NCBI GenBank assembly: GCA_048887225.1
Contig: JBHLJY010000021.1
Coordinates: 1-43,682, forward strand
From: Candidatus Hodarchaeota archaeon
Lineage (GTDB): Archaea > Asgardarchaeota > Lokiarchaeia > Sigyniarchaeales > SOKP01
Direction of reading: 5' to 3'
Length of the DNA stretch: 43,682 bases
Positions 1-6,069 of this stretch are shown piece by piece. Numbering within the stretch: position 1 is the stretch's first letter; each line of letters opens with the position of its first letter. The notes under the pieces are model-generated. The model had not been told where the DNA came from. It searched no databases and saw nothing but the letters and a program-made list of their open reading frames with translations. A program made the translations under genes and the position numbers.

Positions 1-1
1 T

Positions 2-1048
2 TCAGAAAGTAAAGATGTAGGAAGAAAAATTAGTTTTTTTGAGAAATTTCTTCCTGTATGGATTATATTATGCATGGCTCTCGGCATTTTTCTTTCTCAA
101 ATTATACCGGGCATAGGAGAAACGATTGATTCTTGGCAAATTAGAGGAATTTCAATTCCTATTGGAATTTGTTTATTTCTAATGATGTATCCCGCAATGT
201 TAAATCTCCAAGCGTCTGAGTTAAGAAAATTAGGGAAGAATCCGAAACCAATAATATTAACTTTAGTTTCTAATTGGATTATAGCGCCAATAACAGGGCT
301 GACTATGGCTATACTATTCCTAACAGATTTGCAGTTAATATTTGCGATTATTCTATTATCCAGTTCACCTTGTACTGCAATGGTTTTAGTATGGGGTTGG
401 ATGGCAAAAGGAAATCAGGAACAAAATGTAATAACGACTAGCGTAAATACAGCAACAATCATCTTTCTTTATATTCCAGTAATCTCACTCTTAGTGTTTA
501 TCGCAAATATTACATTAGAGAAAAAAATTCCTTTGGATCCTGTTATTCTATTAATTTCGTTATTTATTTTTATAGGACTTCCATTATTACTAGGGATAGT
601 TAGTAAGAAAGTATTGATTAGTACTAAAGGAGAAGTATGGTTTGACAATAAGTATAGACCCGCTGTTTCAAAAATAGCCATAGGAGCGTTATTGATGACT
701 TTAGTTGTCTTATTTTCTCTAAATGGAAACATTCTAATTCAGCGTCCTGACTTATTGCTACTTATAACAATCCCTCTACTATTAGGTTTTGCGATTGTTG
801 TCAGTATAAATCTCATAATCTCTAAATTAGCCAAGTTAAATTACCGAGAAGCAATTATCACTATTATTATTGGATCTTCAAGCCATTTTGAAATTGCTAT
901 TGCCGTTGCTGTTGCGATGTATGGAGTTGGTTCCATTGCTGCGTTAGGAACTACTATGGGCCTCTTCTGGGAGGTTCCAATTATGCTCTCATTAGTTTAT
1001 TTAGGAATATTTTTAAATAAAAAAGGTTTTTGGGAGAGTGAAAAATAA
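2..1048 (+). CDS. acr3: Acr3 family arsenite efflux transporter (5'-partial; the frame is open from the window start)
   Basis: Polytopic membrane protein with Acr3 motifs LMMYPAM, NWIIAP, PCTAMV (conserved Cys) and SSHFEIAIAVA. The frame upstream of 74 reads SESKDVGRKISFFEKFLPVWIILCM, a typical Acr3 N-terminus, so the real start lies before base 1. The stop overlaps the arsM start (TAATG). Confidence 0.93.
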   Translation, partial: SESKDVGRKISFFEKFLPVWIILCMALGIFLSQIIPGIGETIDSWQIRGISIPIGICLFLMMYPAMLNLQASELRKLGKNPKPIILTLVSNWIIAPITGLTMAILFLTDLQLIFAIILLSSSPCTAMVLVWGWMAKGNQEQNVITTSVNTATIIFLYIPVISLLVFIANITLEKKIPLDPVILLISLFIFIGLPLLLGIVSKKVLISTKGEVWFDNKYRPAVSKIAIGALLMTLVVLFSLNGNILIQRPDLLLLITIPLLLGFAIVVSINLIISKLAKLNYREAIITIIIGSSSHFEIAIAVAVAMYGVGSIAALGTTMGLFWEVPIMLSLVYLGIFLNKKGFWESEK

Positions 1049-1899
1049 TGAAAGATGAAGAAATAAAAAAGATTGTTAGAAATGGGTATGCGAAAATAGC
1101 GCAATCTGGAAGTTCTTGCTGTGGACCAGTGAATCCTTGTTGTGGAAGCTCTGAATCTGAAATAATTAAGGATATTAGTAGAAATATAGGTTATACTGAA
1201 GAGGAACTTAATTCCGTTCCAAAAGGAGCAAATCTTGGTCTTGGTTGCGGAAATCCTGTTGCACTCGCTTCAATAAAAGAAGGAGAAACTGTATTAGATT
1301 TAGGATCAGGAGCAGGTTTTGATGCCTTTCTCGCTGCTCAAAAGGTTGGACAGGCAGGAAAAGTTATCGGTGTTGATATGACCCCAGAGATGTTAACAGC
1401 CGCAAGGAAAAACGCTGAAGAGGGCAATTTTAAAAATGTTGAGTTTAGGTTAGGAGAGTTAGAAAATTTACCCGTCGCTGATACCTTCGTTGATTTAATT
1501 ATTTCAAACTGCGTAATCAATCTCGTACCTAGTAAGGAAAGAGTTTTTCAAGAAGCATTCCGAGTATTAAAGCCAAGAGGTCGTTTAATGATTTCCGATA
1601 TAGTCTTACTGAAAGAATTACCAGAATTCATAGTAAATTCTATGGAAGCTTATATCGGATGCGTTTCTGGTGCGATCTTAAAAGAAGAATATGTAAAAGC
1701 AATGAAAAATGCTGGATTTGAAGACATTAAAATTTTAGATCAAACTAGTTTTCCAATAGATGCCTTAACAATAAATCCAAGAGTCATGGAAATAATCAAG
1801 CAAATGGATATTTCAGTTGAAAAATTAAAAGATTTGGCAAACTCCGTTGTCAGCATAAAAGTTGAAGCAATCAAAAAAGAAAAATATATAGGTGATTAG
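1048..1899 (+). CDS. arsM: Arsenite S-adenosylmethionine methyltransferase
   Basis: SAM-binding VLDLGSGAGFD; catalytic-type Cys motifs GLGCGNP, ISNCVINL and GCVSGA; N-terminal SCC..PCC; translationally coupled to acr3. Confidence 0.95.
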   Translation: MKDEEIKKIVRNGYAKIAQSGSSCCGPVNPCCGSSESEIIKDISRNIGYTEEELNSVPKGANLGLGCGNPVALASIKEGETVLDLGSGAGFDAFLAAQKVGQAGKVIGVDMTPEMLTAARKNAEEGNFKNVEFRLGELENLPVADTFVDLIISNCVINLVPSKERVFQEAFRVLKPRGRLMISDIVLLKELPEFIVNSMEAYIGCVSGAILKEEYVKAMKNAGFEDIKILDQTSFPIDALTINPRVMEIIKQMDISVEKLKDLANSVVSIKVEAIKKEKYIGD

Positions 1900-1902
1900 A
1901 AA

Positions 1903-2355
1903 ATCAAGAAAATTAATCTGACTATTTTTGCTCCCGATAAAGAGTTAAATAATGGGGTTGAATATGTAATTCATATAAAAGATAACGGAACCATCATTGA
2001 TTTACTAAGAGATCTTGATAAAAAAATTTATGAAAAGCAGGAGAAATCTTATTTTCCCTTGTTTAAAGGTTTGATCCAAAGTTATCTTCAATTAATTTGG
2101 GATCCTCTAAATAATGTCATTTATGATGATTGTGCTGTGAATGCGTATGGTCCAAACAGAGAGTTTATACCTATTAGGGAAAATGTAAATTTTAATCTCT
2201 ACCCTGATAGTCAAATAACTTTGGTTGTCCATGCAGATTGATGAGCTGATAATATGGAAAAACGCCTAGATTTTGGATCATTTAAAACTATTTTACGAAG
2301 AGAATTCGGAAAAGACGATGAATCTTTTGCCCATTATTTTAAAAAATTAAAATAA
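1903..2355 (+). CDS. Putative selenoprotein, beta-grasp/MoaD-ThiS-like, with tandem Sec-Sec (TGA 2239-2241 and 2242-2244); start codon uncertain (ATC at 1903)
   Basis: Frame is open from 1900 to TAA 2353-2355 except for TGA-TGA: IKKINLTIFAPDKELNNGVEYVIHIKDNGTIIDLLRDLDKK...NLYPDSQITLVVHAD-U-U-ADNMEKRLDFGSFKTILRREFGKDDESFAHYFKKLK*. SD-like GGTGA (1891-1895) lies 7 nt before the ATC. A SECIS-like hairpin starts 5 nt after the TAA. The track ORF 2059-2241 is an internal fragment. The fold assignment is by eye only. Confidence 0.68.
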
Positions 2356-2358
2356 AAC

Positions 2359-2396
2359 GAATGAAATCTTTCAGAAAAAGCTAGTGAAAGATTGAC
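2359..2396 (+). ncRNA. SECIS-like element 1 (eukaryote/Loki-type), cis-acting in the 3' UTR
   Basis: AUGA (2361-2364), AAUCUUUCA (2365-2373), loop GAAAAAGCUAG, UGAAAGAUU (2385-2393), GAC. This gives a perfect 9-bp stem closed by a UGAN/NGAN core with tandem G.A pairs and an A-rich apical loop. Confidence 0.8.
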
Positions 2397-2443
2397 GATA
2401 GGTTTGCCTCCTAATATAAAATTGAAGTATATGAGTAATTAAT

Positions 2444-2656
2444 ATGATGTATACAAGTAATGTTAAATGTCCACATTGTGGGCATATAAATGAAACTAAA
2501 ATACCAGAAAAAATGTGATTAATGTGGATTAAATGTCAAGGTTGCGATAAAGTTATATGGGGACATGAAAATCCTCATGGCTGAAATTGAGTTTTGTGTA
2601 CTTATAGCGACATTCCTTGACTAAAACTCCAAGAAGAAATGGAACAAAAAAAATGA
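2444..2656 (+). CDS. GDCCVxC-family-like small Cys/Sec-rich protein with four putative selenocysteines
   Basis: MMYTSNVKCPHCGHINETKIPEKM-U-LMWIKCQGCDKVIWGHENPHG-U-N-U-VLCTYSDIP-U-LKLQEEMEQKK*. TGA at 2516, 2582, 2588 and 2618 (codons 25, 47, 49, 59). The layout matches the recalled family pattern CPxCG..MP..xC..xCxxC..GDCCVxCSY...CPPxQ. SECIS-like element 2 follows. Confidence 0.85.
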
Positions 2657-2662
2657 GATATT

Positions 2663-2700
2663 GAATGAAATCTTTCAAAAAATGCTGGTGAAAGATTGAC
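2663..2700 (+). ncRNA. SECIS-like element 2 (eukaryote/Loki-type)
   Basis: AUGA (2665-2668), AAUCUUUCA (2669-2677), loop AAAAAUGCUGG, UGAAAGAUU (2689-2697), GAC. It is identical to 2359-2396 at 35 of 38 nt, and all 3 differences are in the loop. Confidence 0.82.
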
Positions 2701-2801
2701 AAGAGGATTGTGTCCTTCTAATCATTTAATATAAACTATAAATTAAAAAATTTCATCGATTATGTGTACAGTGCTGTATTAAATAAGAAATATTGATTTT
2801 A

Positions 2802-2948
2802 TTAATTTTTTTCTGCTTTTAATTTTGCTTTTTTTCTTAAATATAATAAAATCTTTATAATAATATAGAGCCCAATCGCTATTAGACCAATTGCACCAAG
2901 TATCATTAATAAATAGTATCCTCCTATATCTGCCTCAAGTTCCGCCAT
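2802..2948 (-). CDS. Small single-pass membrane protein (48 aa, not in the ORF track)
   Basis: Hand translation: MAELEADIGGYYLLMILGAIGLIAIGLYIIIKILLYLRKKAKLKAEKN*. Acidic N-terminus, one hydrophobic helix, basic tail. Confidence 0.6.
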   Translation of the reverse strand: MAELEADIGGYYLLMILGAIGLIAIGLYIIIKILLYLRKKAKLKAEKN

Positions 2949-3010
2949 AATTATGACTATTTTCTTTGATTAAAGGGTAAATTTTCAAGTTTAATAATTA
3001 AAATAAATAA

Positions 3011-3280
3011 TTAACCCCATTTACTTCTATAACCTGTCCCCCCTTCAGGCCACGTAAATTTTAACGCTTCTTCTGCGCAAACGTACCAGCAAGCAGCACA
3101 TTCCATGCATTTTTCAAGACTTTTTATTTTAGCTTTTTTATTAACAATCTCAAAACACGCCGCTAAGCACACTTTCACGCAATTCGCACATCCAGTGCAT
3201 ATTTGCTCGTTTATTTTAATAAAATCGCCAGTTCCTTCTATCCATTCAACACCTGGAAATTCATTGAAAGTTTTCACCAT
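3011..3280 (-). CDS. 2x[4Fe-4S] ferredoxin, FixX-like
   Basis: CTGCANCVKVC and CMECAACWYVC motifs; FixX-like C-terminus WPEGGTGYRSKWG; lies 1 nt downstream of a FixC-like gene. Confidence 0.88.
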   Translation of the reverse strand: MVKTFNEFPGVEWIEGTGDFIKINEQICTGCANCVKVCLAACFEIVNKKAKIKSLEKCMECAACWYVCAEEALKFTWPEGGTGYRSKWG

Positions 3281-3281
3281 A

Positions 3282-4964
3282 TTAAATCACGCACCTGCTT
3301 GCTTGGACTTTAAATATTGAAGGATTAGCAAGATCTGCAAATTTTATTATCTTTTTGCTAAAATTGGTTGTTAACGGATCCAGCAATTTCATTAAAGTAA
3401 AATATATAGGTGTAAATATTGGTAATGCTGTTTTAATCATTTTATTAGAAGAATTTGAAAACGGAATAATTAATATAGCAAGTAATTTTTTTAAGCTTCT
3501 TAAAGATTTTAGAAAAGAATCAAGTAATCGCATATATCTCTGGAAGGACATTTCCTTTTTTCTTAATTTCTTTGATACCTTATATCTAGGATTTTTCTTT
3601 TCGGAATAATCGTAGCTCTCGTTCAGCCAATTTTTGTAATATCTGAAATACATCTTTATCCATTTTGTTATAATAGTGGGATCTTCTTTTAAATAGGATA
3701 GAACGGTTTTAAGTAATGGAGTAGTAAAATGAGTAAGTGATCCAAGCCCCCAACCATTATATATATATTTTTTCAATTTCTTTAAATTATGTTCTTTTTG
3801 AGCTATTCGTAGATTATATCGATTTTTGCCTGAAATAGACCATTGAATTATTGGATGACTTTTTATCTTATTGTCAAACTTTTTCAAAAAAGATTTAGAA
3901 GTATTCTTTGTTCGGATAGCTTCAATTGCTACTTTCGCGGCTATCTCAGCAGAAAACCAAGCTGCTGGTACGCCATCACATAGCTCTGTACTTTCGAGAC
4001 CAGCAGCATCTCCTATTAAAATCATCCCATCCACGTGATTGGCCATATTACGCAGGTTCCTATTAAGACCTACATATATTTCAAAGCCCTCCCACATCCT
4101 TGCGCGTAATTTAACACGAGGGGCCACTAAATTTTTCCACCATGATAATTTTGAAGTGATATTATGATGATATTCATCAAAAACCTTGCTTAAATTTGGA
4201 ACAGACTTCTTATCCATCCTTAAACATTGATCCTGCATAAAATGAAGGCTATTTCTATACGGCCATACCATAAGTCCATTTCCATAACCAAGTGGTGGAG
4301 CTATTTTTTGTTCGTCCCATCCCCAACACATTTTAACCGAATGTCCAAAGATTTTATCAATATCATCCTTAGGCATTTCGTAATCGTAAGTGTCAGCCAA
4401 GGAAATTGTCTCTGGAGGATATTTCTCTCTAATACCTGCTTTTATAGCTAATAATCCTTGAGAACCTTCAGCGTCGATGACAATCTTTGACCTAAATTTC
4501 TCACCTTTATCAGTTACTACACCTTTAATGCATCCATTTTCTTTTAAAACGTCCACCACGGTTGTTGAAGTTCTTAAAATAGCTCCTGCCTCTACAGCTT
4601 TTTTGGCTTCCCACTCACAGAAAGGTTTGCAATAAGTATTATACCCAAATGCGAATATCGGAGCGAAAGGTTTAGGAACTCTTAATGAATCGTCTATTTC
4701 AATATCGCCTGAATCTATGTCTTTTATTATATAATTAATTATCCCTTCAGCAGGCCTTTCAAAAGGAGGATTGCCGTCTCTAATGAATTCAGGTCCGAAA
4801 AGAAACCCATAAAATGGTATTGTTAACCCCGATATTACTTTATCGCCAACATTCTCAGATCTCTCAATCATCAGAGTTTTTAAACCAGCATCTGCGCATA
4901 TTTTGGCAGCAATAGGTCCACCAAATCCTGCCCCCACAACAATTACATCAAATTCTCCATCCAT
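3282..4964 (-). CDS. FAD-dependent oxidoreductase, FixC/geranylgeranyl-reductase family, with a long basic/amphipathic C-terminal extension
   Basis: DVIVVGAGFGG dinucleotide-binding motif, IDAEG, LIGDAAG; paired with a FixX-like ferredoxin. Confidence 0.82.
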   Translation of the reverse strand: MDGEFDVIVVGAGFGGPIAAKICADAGLKTLMIERSENVGDKVISGLTIPFYGFLFGPEFIRDGNPPFERPAEGIINYIIKDIDSGDIEIDDSLRVPKPFAPIFAFGYNTYCKPFCEWEAKKAVEAGAILRTSTTVVDVLKENGCIKGVVTDKGEKFRSKIVIDAEGSQGLLAIKAGIREKYPPETISLADTYDYEMPKDDIDKIFGHSVKMCWGWDEQKIAPPLGYGNGLMVWPYRNSLHFMQDQCLRMDKKSVPNLSKVFDEYHHNITSKLSWWKNLVAPRVKLRARMWEGFEIYVGLNRNLRNMANHVDGMILIGDAAGLESTELCDGVPAAWFSAEIAAKVAIEAIRTKNTSKSFLKKFDNKIKSHPIIQWSISGKNRYNLRIAQKEHNLKKLKKYIYNGWGLGSLTHFTTPLLKTVLSYLKEDPTIITKWIKMYFRYYKNWLNESYDYSEKKNPRYKVSKKLRKKEMSFQRYMRLLDSFLKSLRSLKKLLAILIIPFSNSSNKMIKTALPIFTPIYFTLMKLLDPLTTNFSKKIIKFADLANPSIFKVQASRCVI

Positions 4965-5133
4965 ATTATTACTACTCGGATATTCCTATATCCCCATATT
5001 CTGAAAAATTTTTTGATGGACTAAGAATATTGGGAATTCTATAGCATGTAATATAAAATTACTTAATACAAATAAAATTAACAATTTAAAAATTATTGTT
5101 TCATACCTAATAAAAACAGCAATGCCTTTTTCT

Positions 5134-5155
5134 AAAAAAAAAAGAAAAAAAAAAA
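5134..5155 (-). terminator. Oligo-U terminator-like tract after hsp20
   Basis: A 22-nt almost pure A run on + (U run on -) lies immediately after the hsp20 stop codon. Archaeal terminators are U-rich. Confidence 0.5.
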
Positions 5156-5157
5156 TT

Positions 5158-5526
5158 TTATTCTATCGATACATCAACAGTGCGCAATTCCACTTCCTTG
5201 AAAGGCACGTGGATCTTTAATAGTCCATTTTTGTAAGAACTTGTTGCTTTTTCAGCTTCTACCGGACAACACAATGTATAACTGCCTACATATCTAATTG
5301 TATCAGTTTCACCCACAACAAATAGTGTGTCTTCACCTAATTTTAATTTAATTGTATCTTTTTCAACTCCAGGCAAATAAACTTCAAAGTCATATCCAGT
5401 GCCTTCGTCGTTAGTCCATGAGCACATTTGAGGAGAAAATACTACTTTTCGTGGTTCTTCCTCAACTTTTTCTATTTCCTTAATATCTTCTTTTTTTTCA
5501 ATTTCAGTCATAATATTCCAACCCAT
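5158..5526 (-). CDS. hsp20: Small heat shock protein (Hsp20/alpha-crystallin); start may be ATG 5511
   Basis: EVYLPGVEKDTIKL and ATSSYKNGLLKIHVP match the alpha-crystallin AxYxNGxL motif. Confidence 0.88.
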   Translation of the reverse strand: MGWNIMTEIEKKEDIKEIEKVEEEPRKVVFSPQMCSWTNDEGTGYDFEVYLPGVEKDTIKLKLGEDTLFVVGETDTIRYVGSYTLCCPVEAEKATSSYKNGLLKIHVPFKEVELRTVDVSIE

Positions 5527-5818
5527 AATTATAAATTAGTCTTAACTAAATTTATTTAGAAAACCGAGAAATTAAAATCTTGTTCTGATAAAATATTAAA
5601 ATAATGTATTGGCTCAATTTCAATTTTTAATTAAATTAATCGAATTTTTTTCAAAATATAAAATTTTTATTTGAAAGAGATTAGTGGACTCTCTTGAGGG
5701 ATTTGATGATTTATATCATTAATGTAAAAAAACAAAATTTTTTACCACAAAAGTACCGTAGGTCTAGATTTATAAACTAAAAGTTTAAAAATAACTAAAG
5801 AAATTATATTTTTATAGG

Positions 5819-5931
5819 AAGGAATCAATAATAAATTCGAATGATTAACATTGGATTTCGCCCTCTATTAAACTCAACTGGAGTTTAATTCTCTCCTACT
5901 TTTTCATTTTTCATTCGGATTTTGATTCCTT
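5819..5931 (+). other. Nested inverted repeats / candidate structured RNA
   Basis: AAGGAATCAA (5819-5828) pairs with TTGATTCCTT (5922-5931); ATTCGAATGA (5835-5844) with TCATTCGGAT (5911-5920, one G.U); ATTAAACTC (5867-5875) with GAGTTTAAT (5881-5889). Confidence 0.55.
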
Positions 5932-6069
5932 TTCCTCCTTTGTTAATCTAAGAAATTGAGTTGATAATAAATTGTAAAAGGAATTGGGCTTTAATGCAAA
6001 TTTTTTTTTTTTAAGCATTATTAATTTCAATAACTCAATCTAATTCTTTTATCATAAAGAAGAATAAAT

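Noticed and set aside
2059-2241. Track ORF of 60 aa as a complete gene
   Set aside because: It is an internal fragment of a frame open from 1900 and probably read through to 2355.
2239-2656. Genome-wide TGA reassignment (Trp/Gly) as the explanation for the in-frame TGAs
   Set aside because: Ordinary genes in this window terminate at TGA (31764-31766, 38286-38288, 19256-19258 on -), and long genes contain no internal TGA. The recoding is local and SECIS-associated.
2444-2656. Pseudogene interpretation of the TGA-interrupted ORF
   Set aside because: All four interruptions are TGA at or beside Cys-motif positions. There are no TAA/TAG codons or frameshifts, although TAA would be favoured in AT-rich decay, and a SECIS-like element follows.
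2359-2700. The 38-nt direct repeat as a CRISPR array or transposon ends
   Set aside because: Only two copies, 304 nt apart and separated by a coding region; no cas or transposase genes; the structure fits a SECIS.
5531-5554. Imperfect palindrome TTAGT-CTTA-ACTAA upstream of hsp20 as a heat-shock operator
   Set aside because: Short and AT-rich, and I found no convincing matching copy upstream of grpE.
5955-6039. Second possible long-range pairing (ATTGAGTTG/TAACTCAAT) around a T12 run
   Set aside because: Short AT-rich stems over a long span are expected by chance at this base composition.
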